DNA of 63,752 nt, filler included, from Polymyxa betae A26-41 (Eukaryota; Protista; Endomyxa: Phytomyxea), in NCBI GenBank assembly GCA_003693705.1. It is 6 parts of 6 records of this genome, joined end to end, with 100 filler letters (N's around TTAATTAATTAA, not from the genome) between each part and the next. Parts side by side here need not be neighbours in the genome. Positions count along the whole stretch, not along the records: positions 14,285 to 33,683 come from RBZT01000212.1; 5 more parts are not named here. The stretch is one strand, 5' to 3'. Position 1 is the stretch's first letter. The number at the start of each line of letters is the position of its first letter. A model generated the notes under the pieces. That model worked only from the letters and a program-made list of their open reading frames with translations. It was not told where the DNA came from and made no database searches. This document shows, piece by piece, positions 14,185 to 26,304 of the stretch. Made by a program: the position numbers and the translations under genes.

Positions 14185-14284
14185 NNNNNNNNNNNNNNNN
14201 NNNNNNNNNNNNNNNNNNNNNNNNNNNNTTAATTAATTAANNNNNNNNNNNNNNNNNNNNNNNNNNNNNNNNNNNNNNNNNNNN
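14185..14284. other. Artificial contig linker
   Basis: 100 bp of N around TTAATTAATTAA (stops in all six frames). Confidence 0.98.
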
Positions 14285-15317
14285 ATCCGGGGCAATCTGT
14301 CGCTAATCAGTTCAGTTGTCTAGTAGGCAAAACTGGCGACATTTGGACCCTGGCCAGCATCTATAAGAACCCGCCTGGGCCCGGTCCCGACGAAGTAAAC
14401 GTTAGTCCCGGTAAGCGTAAATGGGCCTGGGTTTGGGCAGCGAGCTCTGATAACGCCGTCGACCACCGAAAGGAATGGCTCGCCATCGTCCATCGCCGAA
14501 ACCGTGGCTTACCCCAAGGAATATGGGGGTACGAGTGTAAAACATATCTGCTGATTTTGAGAGAATGTTTCAGTCTCTCCCTTATAGTTATGAGGTACAA
14601 GAAGAATCTTTAAAAAGTGCTCTTTTTCCACGTTCCCGCTTAAATACCTTTACGTCTTCCCTTAGATTGTGATGTGCGTGTTAAAAACAATTCTTTGCTC
14701 ATAAACTGGTTTGTCATTTGCCAACAAAAGATGGGGCGTAGAGCTATGAAATGTCTCTAGTTTTATTGTAGAAACAGACATTGAACCTTTAAGGTAAGCA
14801 TTCGCAGTGGGATAAAGTGATTCGAGAACTTCTGATTGGGTCCAGATCAGGAAACTTCGACAAACGCAGACGAGTTTCGTATTGCCAATATGCGCAACTA
14901 CGAGCTGCTGTAACCCTTTTCCCATGTCCAGTTACTGCTGAATATAGATTCCGGCGTGGATCCAAAAATGGAACCACCCGACGTCACCTCCACGGTGAAA
15001 CAATGTCATGACCCAAATCGGTAACCTTTTGGATTTATTTTCGGAATAATCACGTGTATCCCAACATGACCCGGCGAGGTAGTTGAGGCCGTCGGCCCAT
15101 GTCCAGCAACGCAGGTTTCAATTGAATTCCGTAACCTCTGGATCCATTTTCAGATTAATCTCATGATATTCAAACCGACCCGACACTGTAGGTAGGGTTT
15201 GCAGACAGACGAGGCCGGTGCCGCATGTCCGAATTACGCAGGTTCCATCGTCCTATCCTGATCAGAATCCATTCATTCGGTCGTCGATTACAGACTCCAC
15301 CTTTCCTATTATTTATA

Positions 15318-16286
15318 ATGGTCGATTGCTTTTGCGACCCCCATCCTAACGGGGTGGAATATGTCCAGTTCCTTGGGAATGTGTTTGGAGAATGGTAAGC
15401 GGATCTGATCCATTCTGGAGTCGTTCTCAGCTTTGTCATAGTCTGTACAAAGAAATGAGCGTTCAATGGATGCCGTTCATATTTGGAATGGCCAGTACCC
15501 TTGTCTGGATATTTGCTTTGGCTCCCCAGATCTATGCCAATTTCCGAAATAAGGTCTGCCTGGTATTCTTCTGGTGTATGTGTCTGATTGTTTGCATAGA
15601 CCACTGAGGCTCTGTCCCCTATCTTTATGACTATTTGGCTAGCTGGTGATATGCTCACTTTCGCCGGGTCTATAATTGGTGGACAGCGAGTTACCATGAC
15701 GGTTTGTGGATTTTAATTATGCTTCAATGACGCTCTCATGCTCTCTCAACGATGGTATTACTCGAGAAGGAATATTAATGCCTCCAAGTCCCAGAAGGCT
15801 GCTATTGCTTTGTCTGCCTTTGTTCGGATCAGCGGCGGTGTTGTCGGCTTCTCTGCAATGGGTACTTCATCAGCTTCAAGCCGGACTTTACTTGCCCTCG
15901 AAGGGCCCAAACGATGCGATGCAGACGATATCGATAACGCTCGTTTTGTCATTGGCAGTATCATCTCGTGGATTGCTGGATCCTTGTATTTCGCCTCCCG
16001 AATTCCGCAGATCCTGCATATGTTCAAGCGCCTAAGCGTCGAGGGCCTTGATATCCGAATGTTCATTCTGTGTATTGTCGCGAATGTTTGCGGAGGATTG
16101 CAATTCATCTTCTCTGCCGCATTACAGCACCAGAATAATGAGTTCAAGCTAGGACGTTGGTCTGCTATGACGCTTCCGTTTGTGATCGGCAGTATTGGCA
16201 CCCTTGTCTTCGACTTCGTCATTATTTCTATGTTCGTGGCCTTTCAGGCTGAGCGAACCGTCGCAAAGGATGTTGAAAGGCAATAA
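15318..16286 (+). CDS. PQ-loop (PQLC2/Ypq-type) vacuolar/lysosomal amino-acid transporter with an in-frame TAA at 15714-15716
   Basis: Exons 15318-15394, 15442-15553, 15600-16286; two PQ loops (ALAPQIYANFRNK|TTEALS..WLAGD and YFASRIPQILHMFKRLSVEGL). Confidence 0.9.
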
Positions 16287-16828
16287 ATGATTTGTAATTA
16301 TTGAAGTATTCAGCGACTAAATTTTGACAATGAAATGCACTGCGGTGTAGATCGACGACAACATGTGCAGAGTGTGAGAGAGATTTTCAAAGACCTTGAA
16401 TAACTAGTTGTTTGCCATGTGACAATTGCTTTAACGCTCAAGTCACCGCGAAAGCTGAATCATAATCTGGCTGTTGACAGGAAAACATCTTTCACCGATT
16501 CTTAGACCAACGGAATTGCAACAACGCTGAAGTGTCCTATTCCAAGGCGATGATTGTACGAGTCGTTCAACGGGACTCATCACACTATGTCTAAATTAGC
16601 TCCAAACACAATGTCGTTTACGGTACAGACAGCTGCTATGATTTAAGGATGGTTTCTCGTACTCCCTTTCCAATGGAGTAAATGGCGCAACCTTTATTCT
16701 GTAACGATTTCACTTTGAGCACGTGGCCTGACCTCACGTTACAGTCGTGATCTAGGCTGCGCTCCGCTTCCAGCTATGCTGCTGGTCGTTATGCTTCAAC
16801 TTTGATTAACACGGATGCTGTGGATTAA

Positions 16829-19807
16829 ATGGGGGAAATCGTATCGCCGTCGGAACAGATCCGATTAACAGGTCGATAAATGGTTCTACTGAGTTGAGTT
16901 TTGCCGAATTTGCCGATCAGATCCGCTGCCAGATGATTATCAAGATGGATTTGAGCAGGTCCCCAGGTTGCAGGAACGGAAACCGCGTATTCACGTATCC
17001 GTCTTCTTCGTCGGATTAGGCACTCTTCTGATTGTTCTCGTCTTGTTTACGATTGTTCGAGGCATTGCTAGGACAGCCAAAGTTCTAGAAGAGGCTGAAT
17101 TACATGGCAATGCATGTGATGTGTTCTGCGATGTATGCCCACACCAGTTGTTTTTCGATAATCTTAAATTTTTTGTCATCTGCCTTCTCGCATAATTGCT
17201 TCGATTATTGACAATCTGCTTGTTTGGAGTCTCCAAGCAATCCGTCCATCATCCTTGATGGGTTCGAATAATTTGGCCATGCATTTATAATTCCTTTGGG
17301 AAGCAATGCTAAAAATATATTATAGGGCGATCTGCTAAAGACGCTGCAACTTTCTGGTTTATTTAACCTGAGTAAAGACTTCGTCGATATGCCGCTGAGA
17401 TTTGAGCCTTCTGCCGTGATGAAGCATTGGCAAGAATTACCTGATCACAAACTTCACACGCTGGCGGCATTCGTTAATTCCAATTTTCTTCCACCAGGAT
17501 CCGATTTAATGCATACAGTTCCAATTGATTTCGTCGAAACTCCTCCATTGATCAACAATCTCAAAGACAATGCTTTAAGGTGGGCTCATTGTGCACTGAT
17601 CTCTCTGTTATTTCTACTGTTCAGTGTCTGAGTAAGCTCGTTTGTTAGGGCGTGGGCTTCCACAGTTCACGGTTTATTTAAGGTTCTTGCTCATCAGCCG
17701 ATTCCACACGTTTCTGAATATCCGATGAGACATACACTTCTAAGGCTGCGACATCCCATCATGATCGTCCCTGGAGGAAGGTACGTCGATGTCTTCTCTT
17801 TATCTTTTTATTCCAACTTTTTTAGGTTTCGCGAAGTCTATTACTGGTATCAAAGTTGATGACGATGAGAATCGCTACAAAGCTGAGTTTGCAGGGATAC
17901 TTACTGGATAGTTAAAGGTCTACTAGCAGTAGATATGATCGATACCGCCAAGCAGATTGTTGAGAACTTACTGGACTTTGCAGAAGACAACTCGTATGTC
18001 GATGAAACTCTCCTATGCGGAAGACTCTGTAGTGTTCTAACCAGGTATATAATCAGGTTTGTTCCGAACGGCTCTAGACGATACTACACGTCAAGGTCTC
18101 AGCCGCCAATGTTGACCTTGATGGTCGAAGATATCTTTGAGGCATTAGAAAAGCGAGGAGATCACTGGGATGCCATGAAGTCAGAACTGGGTTTTGTTGC
18201 TTTCTTGACTATCCGTTCTTGTTTGAGAATTCAGTGTTTCCACTGTGCTTTATTCAGTTAAATTTCGTGTTTGTTTGCTCTCATTCACGCGTTATATTGC
18301 AGCTTTCTTCAATACAGTCTCGGAATCCTCGATAGTGAATACCAGTGGTGGATGCGGCATGATCATCATGCTGTTCATGTTTATGTGGATTCTGGTACCT
18401 ATACTCTTAACAGGTATTCTTTTTCACTTTCAGAATACGTTGGGTTTTAAAATGTTAGCTTCACTCTTTAAATTATTCCTAATGACAATGGGTCAAAAGA
18501 TATTGGAGTGATGCTCAAAGCCCTCGACCCGAAATGTATGCGCACGACTTTTTAAAAGCCCAGACTCTGCCTGTCAATGAATCGAAACATTACTATCAAA
18601 ATGTGGCTGCTACCGCAGAGGTGATTTTTCTAACATCGATACTGTCGTCTTACATCGTCTGAACATTGTATAGAGTGGATGGGACTTTTCAAACCGGTGG
18701 ACAGCCACTGATGATGAATATATCACTCGAGATATTATACCTGTTGATCTCAATTTCATCTTATGCAATGTTGAAACCGCATTGTCGAGGTTGCATAGAA
18801 CCGCTTCACATTCTCTCGAAGCGGACCATTACAAACGTAATCCCACAATTTTTTCTGTAATTGTTCGTTTTCTTGGTATTCTTACCTCCATATTGTTTTT
18901 TTATCCTTTTATTCGTGAAACTTTCCATAAATGTCTTGCAAGGGGTCCATGAAAGGCGTGTTAATGCAATGTTCGAGGTGTTATGGTCTTACGAGGATGG
19001 TGAATGGGTATGATGAGAGTTTAGATTTAAAAAAGGATGACTGAATTTTCTCTCAAGATGGATTTCAACTTCAAGACTCTAAAACGAGGCCAGAAGGGTG
19101 TCTCTTCCAATTATTTTCCTCTTTGGGGCGATTGCCTCAAAAACCACCCGCGTGCCGCCGAAACGGGTAATCTCTCAGCTGATTTCATCTTATAATATGC
19201 TCCTTACCGCGTGTTAGATGAAATTACGATAGAATCGTTGATGTCGAGCGGCATCATTCTCGATGGTGGAATCGCCACGAGCGCTAAGCCGACCGGTACC
19301 GATATCTATCAATGGGATTGGCCAAATGCTTGGGCCCCCATCCAACATATTCTCCACGAAGGGTTATCACGCCCGGATCGTTCGGACAAAGTGAAAGTTC
19401 TTGCCAAAGAGGTCAGTGGAACACCAAAGAGTTTGATTATCTCACTTTGGCGTCTTTGCTCTGTTGATTTAATCGGGATTAACGATCCTTTAATTGTGCT
19501 CAGATCGCGAGGCGCTGGATTCAGACAACGTTCTTGGCGTATCAGCGGACTGGATACATGCATGAAAAGTACGATGCCACTAAAATCGGTGGCGGTTAGT
19601 TGAACCAGCTCAAATTGTCATCAATGAATTTAAGCTTTGCTAGTGGGCGGCGGCGGCGAATATGTTGCTCAAGTCGGATTCGGGTGGACCAATGGTGTCG
19701 TCCTGTCATTCTTGGCGCAGTATGATTCAGAACAATTCCGAATTGACACACAACGGCTGGAAGACTGTGAATCATTGCAATTCTTAGATTGCCAAGTGGT
19801 CGTCTAA
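16829..19807 (+). CDS. Alpha,alpha-trehalase (GH37) with N-terminal TM anchor, multi-exon
   Basis: Spliced motifs SKDFVDMP, VPGGR|FREVYYW|DTYW, PNGSRRYYTSRSQPP, PRPE, AE|SGWDFSNRW, PVDLN, QWDWPNAWAP, MHEKYDA, GGGGEY..QVGFGWTNG; frame traced across GT-AG introns to TAA at 19805-19807. Confidence 0.95.
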
Positions 19808-20111
19808 TCTGCATCTCATTGTTTAAACCGTTACTATATATTGTCTATTTAACACCTCACTTGCATTGCTGAACATTGCATTCTATGCTGAACACCCACA
19901 TCACTATGGGCAAATGGTCGAAATGCGTCTTTCTGTGGTATTTTTGGCAATTGTTTTTCCTGTTCAGCAACCCAATGATGAGCCATTTCCGACAGTGAAG
20001 GTTGATTGTTTATTTTGAACAATGTGCGGCTGTCTTATTTCAGATGGCTTCCCTGTTGACACCGAGCGAAATAACGGAAATGAGAATTCCAGTCCATATA
20101 ATGAACAGAAG

Positions 20112-20999
20112 CTACCGCGCTGTTAGGCGGCGAGAGAAAGGCAATCCGCCGCTCTTCTCTGCTCTGCCGCTCTTCTCTGCCAGAACATGGAGATATTTGG
20201 CTGGAATCGGTGGTTCGAATCCGCCATCAACGATTTCCCAGGTTCTCGACCTGGTCCAAATCTCCTTACAAACGGGGCAGCGAGGTATTTGACCTCGGTT
20301 GACCACATTGACGATGGCAGCCGCCAGGCAGTCTTGGTGGAATCCATATCCACAGCGAGTCTGCCAGCAACTAACCTGCTGCTCGCCAGCGAATTCCTGC
20401 TGGCAGATCCTGCAAGCCGAGTTCTGCCGGGGTCTGTCGAGCTTGCCAAATGGCGTATCCAGCCAGAATGCCAGCTGGGCGAAATCCGCTCGCCTCAGGG
20501 TCTGCCACTCGAGGGTGCCATCGTAACTTCGAAGGAATCGGCGCATCTCCCGAGCCCAATTCGATGCCGTCCATTTTAGATAGCCCCATGGATCCCATAA
20601 TGAGAACAGCCACTCCACTACTCGACAGGTACGCAACCTCACTAATCTCTTTAGCAGGGTTAGTGTTATCTCGGAGACGTCGTCGTAGAATCGAAGCAGA
20701 CAGGCGGCGCCGACGACGTCATCGGTTAGCAGGCGCCATTGGGGTGTATCGGAAAGCGTCAGAAGCTTGCGGACGCGCCATTCGATGGCGTCAAGAAGAT
20801 TCTTGATGAGATTCCGAAGCGATTTCAGACGATGTGCATTGGCAAGGCCAATGACAGGCCAAGACGACCATCGCTGAAGGCGCACGAATCGGGATCTTTT
20901 CACGTGCAAGCGGCGTATAACAGGGACTAGGAGCTGGTTTTCTTTCCAGGCCAAGTAGCTCTTGAGATAGGCCTGGTCGCTCCAAAATGGGTAGATCAT
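20112..20999 (-). CDS. RING-finger protein (RING-H2-like E3 ligase); 5' end uncertain
   Basis: CRIC-x16-CGYGFHQDC-x16-CPVC near the C-terminus; intronless. Confidence 0.75.
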   Translation of the reverse strand: MIYPFWSDQAYLKSYLAWKENQLLVPVIRRLHVKRSRFVRLQRWSSWPVIGLANAHRLKSLRNLIKNLLDAIEWRVRKLLTLSDTPQWRLLTDDVVGAACLLRFYDDVSEITLTLLKRLVRLRTCRVVEWLFSLWDPWGYLKWTASNWAREMRRFLRSYDGTLEWQTLRRADFAQLAFWLDTPFGKLDRPRQNSACRICQQEFAGEQQVSCWQTRCGYGFHQDCLAAAIVNVVNRGQIPRCPVCKEIWTRSRTWEIVDGGFEPPIPAKYLHVLAEKSGRAEKSGGLPFSRRLTAR

Positions 21000-21369
21000 A
21001 ACGACGAGAAGGACTAGTATGGGCAGAGGTCGCTGCCAATGGCAGATGCCTCTGTCTCATAGCAGTATACAGTCACGCTACTGACATTCATCTGATTCAA
21101 ACGAATGAGGTAAGGTGAAGAGTCATCTTCGATAGCTGTATCTTATATGTCAAATGGTTTAAGTTCGATTACAAGAGCTTTGAACTGGTTACAAACAACT
21201 ATTTGCTGGTCCCTGGTCCTGCATTTTTTTTGGAAGTTCACTTTAATCACTTGACTTGAACTGCATTGTTTTTACAGGCAGTGTCTGACTCAGACAAGCC
21301 TAGAGAAGGCATCGCAGTCCAGAAGCTGGTCCAGAACGATTCTGCATCATTGCTTGAAAGCTTTTCGTT

Positions 21370-21828
21370 ATGAACATCGCAATATCTATTGCTGTGATTG
21401 TTATCCAGTTAGCTGCTGCTGGTACAATGCCTTCGACTGCAATCTGTGAAAGTATCAGTCAAGATATAGCTACAAAACGGTATCCAGAGAGTGTAACGAT
21501 CAGCTCGAATGCAGATGGTTTTATAACTGCTGAACGCTTCTACGACAAACCTTGTATCGACACAATCCGATTGAAGCCCCACTGCCAAGAATCGTGCAAT
21601 GACCTCTATAAACAAGCCCTCGATCGACTTCGGAAATGTGGCTATTCAACAGGCGTAGTTATTACTGAGAAAGACGATGGTGTCCGTATACTAGAAGATC
21701 TGGGATTTTTGAAGAGCGATACCCTGAAACGAGCATCGTTGAGGGATATAACCTGGAGAGATGTGCAGGTTTGGAGAAAAACTCTGAACTCTTACACCTA
21801 CCACGATATCACTCTTTTCCGGGGCTAG
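21370..21828 (+). CDS. Small secreted Cys-containing protein (effector-like candidate)
   Basis: 152-aa ATG-TAG ORF; signal peptide MNIAISIAVIVIQLAAAG; 5 Cys; intronless. Confidence 0.65.
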   Translation: MNIAISIAVIVIQLAAAGTMPSTAICESISQDIATKRYPESVTISSNADGFITAERFYDKPCIDTIRLKPHCQESCNDLYKQALDRLRKCGYSTGVVITEKDDGVRILEDLGFLKSDTLKRASLRDITWRDVQVWRKTLNSYTYHDITLFRG

Positions 21829-22779
21829 TTTCATTGAACATTTCTATTTGAGAAATACATAAAACTGAACATCGTGATATGGAGGTCTCAAACTTTTATC
21901 TGTCAGAGTGTCGTCTGCCACTCCCCCGAAGAATTAATAATCATAGTAATACATAAATACTTTGTTCTAAGGTGGGGTATGTACATACAGATTAGACTCA
22001 GAAGAGTTATTTATATTTAGTGTTATGCTGCAGCTTTAGCTCTGCCGTGGAGATTGCTTTAAAATGCGAGATTCAAAAAGTCAGTCTGCCAAAATTTAAC
22101 CGACGGTTTGGCGGTTAAAAATTAGCCCGACGCACTTTTTCTAGTTCAGAGTGTTATTATTTAATCAAGCACAAGGCCATTCTGGTGTTCCGGCTAAATT
22201 CAAACCTATCAGGAATACACCCTGATGATGATGATGATGATGATATTTGTGCTGCAGCGATCGCTTGCGAATGTGTGCCAACATCGTTTGGAGTCTGTCG
22301 CCTGAGGGTTTAACATTCAGCCACTGAACCTGCAATGAATGACATTCCACGATTTTCTATCACCTTTATCTTCCTCCTTGTCTTCGAGGGACACACGACA
22401 ACCTGGTAATGCAGAATGAAATGTTTTCGTTGTCATTTGGTTTTAAGTTGTAGAAATTGACAGATTATGAGCCATGTCAAATTGGCAATGCACTTCTCTT
22501 GTAGATCGCCTTAAACGGGAGATAGTCATGATGGCTAAAATTTATCTGCTACCTTATCCTTTAACCTGATGGCAGTTACCTGTTGGTAGTGCCTTTCTAT
22601 TGTCTATCTTAAATTGTTTTAAACAGCTCTGAATCGCATAGCTACAAGAAATAGACCTACGCTTTCGGCATGGAATTGTGATCATTGTATTTCAATGGCA
22701 AAATGGCAGCTGGTAACGGGTTTCTCATTTTCGTTTATGGAATGGAGTCTTCACATATCGCTTACTTGTTTTGTCGTTG

Positions 22780-23340
22780 TTAGCCCGAATTCTTGGATGT
22801 TGGGGTTCGAATCGACGTTCTTCTTACCAAATCGCTATCATGAGGCATGTGCTTGTAGAATGACAGCTTGACAGTGGGCTTTATATGAGACTTGACTGGA
22901 TATGGAGTCTTCGCAGGTCGACATCTTGTAGTCTCTCTTGAAATTGGAATCTTGATAGTGCAAACCAGTCCCCGTTCACTTCTGACGGGTAGACAGGAAT
23001 TACATTCAGCTTGGATGGATCGAAGCTGGCGAATCCAGTAATCGGCATTGGCGCTCTCTAGCTCGATGTAATCGCTAATAAAGCCCAGATCTTCGCAGAG
23101 GTCGATTTGGAATCGGTTCGGGAATGTCTGGTTGACATGCTGTATACATTGGAAGGGAATCATGATGGATTCCGCCGGGTTCCCATTCAGACGAGAGTAT
23201 CTCTGGATAAATAGATGTCCTGGGACGAAGAAGGCCCTGACATTGCGGCGGTATCGTCCTGAGCCCAGCGCGTTTCGAGATGCCAGCAGCATGATCTCAG
23301 CGGTTGCAGACGATGCTGATGATAAAGAGGGAGCCATCAT
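22780..23340 (-). CDS. PH-like domain protein with basic tail, paralogue 1 (frameshift near C-terminus)
   Basis: High similarity to copies at 24208 and 28338; beta-rich segment ending in PH-type helix IELESANADYWIRQL. Confidence 0.6.
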   Translation of the reverse strand: MMAPSLSSASSATAEIMLLASRNALGSGRYRRNVRAFFVPGHLFIQRYSRLNGNPAESIMIPFQCIQHVNQTFPNRFQIDLCEDLGFISDYIELESANADYWIRQLRSIQAECNSCLPVRSERGLVCTIKIPISRETTRCRPAKTPYPVKSHIKPTVKLSFYKHMPHDSDLVRRTSIRTPTSKNSG

Positions 23341-24207
23341 CAGGAGTGAATATCAATAGAAGAATGAAGACGAAAGCCACAAGTCCGAGTATTGACGATA
23401 TTCAGCATTAGATCGAAGCAAAGAGTTTTAATAGATTCGATAGGCTACCGATCAATGACAAAACTTCGTATGGAACTTCAATGCAGCACATCCGCTGTCT
23501 GTTTTGAAGTGAGGCGTCAAATGTCACTGCAATGCTGAATCTTGATCTCTAACAAAGATTTGCTTAGGAATCACTCAGCCTGACGACGAGATTCCAAGAT
23601 CGAAGATATGTTAAAACCAGTAATAGTACATCATTATGCTCAGCCATTTGAATGCCTACTGCAATCAGAAACTGGCGGATTTCTAATCCATTCAATCCGC
23701 CAAATTCGACGATCATGACCCAAGGCGACATTTTCTAATGTTGACCATCAGATCGTTGCAAGCTGATCACATCCTGGTCATGCTCAGCGCTATTCAAAGC
23801 TTCCAAGCCAACGTATTGGCAATTGTGCCAGCATCGGCTACAATCCGGAATTCACGAACATGTCTTGCTATCAGCGCCCTGACTATCCAAAAAACGGAAT
23901 TCACAGCCAAGGCTTAGTGACTCCTAAGCAAATGTTTGCTAAAGAGATCAAGGTTCAAGATTGCAGTGACATTGGCGCCTCACTTCAAAAGCAGGCAGCT
24001 AATGTGCTGCAGCGAAGCTTGATACAAACATTCGTGAAATATATAGAGCCCATCGAAACTATCAAAGCCTTTTCCCATTGGAACTAATGCAGAATATCGT
24101 CATAATCGAATTTGTGGCTAAAACGTTCGACCGACCGACACAAAACAGACCTAAGCATGCGTTAAAGGCAAATCTCGTCTTCATTCTACTATTGATATTC
24201 GCTCTTG

Positions 24208-24823
24208 ATGACGGCTCCCTCTTTATCGTCAAAATCGTCTGCAACCGCTGAGATCATGCTGCTGGCATCTCGAAACGCGCTGGGATCAGGACGATACCGC
24301 CGCAATGTCAGGGTCTTCTTCGTCCCAGGACGTCTCTTTATCCAGAGATACTCTCGAAAGAATGGGAACCCGGCTGAATCCATCATGATCCGCTTCCAAT
24401 TTATACAACAGGTCAGCTAGACATTCCCAAACCGATTCCAAATCCACCCTCTGCGACGATCTGGACTTCATTGGCGATTACATTGAGCTAGAGAGCGCCA
24501 ATGCGGACTACTGGATTCGCCAGCTTCAATCCACCCAAGCTGAATGTGTTTCCTGTCTGCCCATCAGAAGTGAACGGGGACCGGTTTGCCCCATTAAAAT
24601 TCCAATTTCAAGAGAGACTACAAGATGTCGTCCTGTGAAAATTCAATATCCAGTCAAGTCTCATTTAAGCCGCGCTATAAAGATGTCATCGAATATGCAG
24701 ATGCCTCATGATAGCAATGTGGTAAGAAGAGCGCCAGTTCGAAATCCTCATCCAAGAATTCGGGCTATCAATGACATCACAAAAAATCGCTATGTGAAGG
24801 CTCCATACCAAAAACGACATTGA
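24208..24823 (+). pseudogene. PH-like protein paralogue 2, pseudogene
   Basis: CAG>TAG at 24418-24420 and a 1-nt insertion near 24446 relative to paralogues 1 and 3. Confidence 0.75.
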
Positions 24824-24967
24824 GAAATCAGAATCCTGTCGCCAGTTGTCAACATTCTACTGCTCTCTTTTCATTTTACCATTGAGATACAATGATCACG
24901 ATTCCATGCCAGAAACCTGGGTCTAAACCTTGTAGCCATGCGGCTCAGAGCTGTGTAAATCGGAGTA

Positions 24968-25549
24968 CAGTAAAAGTTTCTAATAAGGCCCTGGGGAATT
25001 TTGGCAGGGTCCAGGGTCTTAGCCAAACTGAGTGTCGAGGGTCTTATCAAGGTGCCAACGTCATTCTGAGGGCCTTAATATAGAAACTGCGAATCTAATC
25101 ACTTTTGAATCGAAATCTATAGCAAATTCGTCGCTTTCTCAAGAGAGATACGTGTTGATAGCCAAAAGAAATTTTTATTTGTATATTGGACGACTATTCT
25201 CCATTTTGGCAAGGAAATAGGAGCCAGGAACGAAAGGCTCGCCGAAACAATCTTGTCCCAGACTGGCACCGGGTTCAATTTGGTTGATAATTACTACTAG
25301 TACTATACAGTCCTCCACAACCTTCGCAAAATCGATTCAGTATTAATCAAAACTGTTAAAATTGTAAATTGAGCTTTCAGGTCGATGGTCAGGGCATGTT
25401 TACGCTATCGAGTCTATTGAAATTAGGATTTGTACAGGAACGTTCCTAATAAGACCCTGGGGAGCCGGATTTCCAGCGTCCAGAGTCTTAGGCATCACAA
25501 ACCAGGGTTCAGGGCCTATATGAGAAAACCCTAATAGAAACATTTACTG
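24968..25549. mobile_element. Tc1/mariner (pogo-like) MITE
   Basis: TIR CAGTAAAAGTTTCTAATAAGG vs CAGTAAATGTTTCTATTAGGG (rc of right end); TA on both sides (24966-67, 25550-51); subterminal AAGRCCCTGGGG repeats. Confidence 0.75.
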
Positions 25550-26304
25550 TAATAGGTAGAATGGCTCCTCCATCAGTTAATAAGATTTGTCCGAAACGCT
25601 GTTTTCAAGTTGGAAGCTGATACTGTCTAAAATTTTCACCTGGCGCAAAGAATCCGGCCGGATTGAAGGCCGCCAACACTGTAAAAAGGACTTACGAACA
25701 AGAGCTGGAGTGTTCACCCTGGGTCACCCATGCTCTCTTAAGCGGTCGCCACAATCTTTACTGCTTTCATCAATAAAAAAAACTGATCCAATTATAAGTA
25801 CACAGGGCGAAGTTAAAATAAAACTCCTTTAGCTGGATTGGATTGGATTGGATTCGACTAGGTCGCTGATATATGGTCAACAGGCGGCAACCCTCTAGCT
25901 GTTCTGGAATGCTTGACGAGCTCTTTTCTCAAAACCTCTCTCGTGATGCAGATCTTGGAGAAGAGCTCTGCTAATGGACGGAATAGAAACGTTTTTCAAA
26001 TCCGGGAAGCTAATGAATGACATTGCATGATTTTTCGTTGAACATTATCGTCCGCCTTGTCGTCGAACCATACGACCTTCTGGTAATGGCGAATGGAATG
26101 TTTTTGTTGGTTTGGGTGGAACTGTAGAAATAGACAGCTTATAAAGAATGTCAAATTGCCAAAGCACGTCTCTTATAAACGGAGAAAGTCGTGAAGGCTA
26201 AATTCATATCTCTGGAATGTTGACCATGATTCAGTTCGATGGCAGTTACCTATGGAAGTGCCATTCTATTGGCTATCTCAAATTGTGTTAAACAGCTCTG
26301 AATC

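Noticed and set aside
14229-14240. TTAATTAATTAA repeated five times as a biological motif
   Set aside because: Always centred in 100-bp N blocks; it is a six-frame stop linker added during assembly.
15714-15716. Alternative genetic code (UAA or UGA reassigned)
   Set aside because: Trehalase, U2AF-like, NHL and DxD genes are free of internal stops and end normally in TAA.
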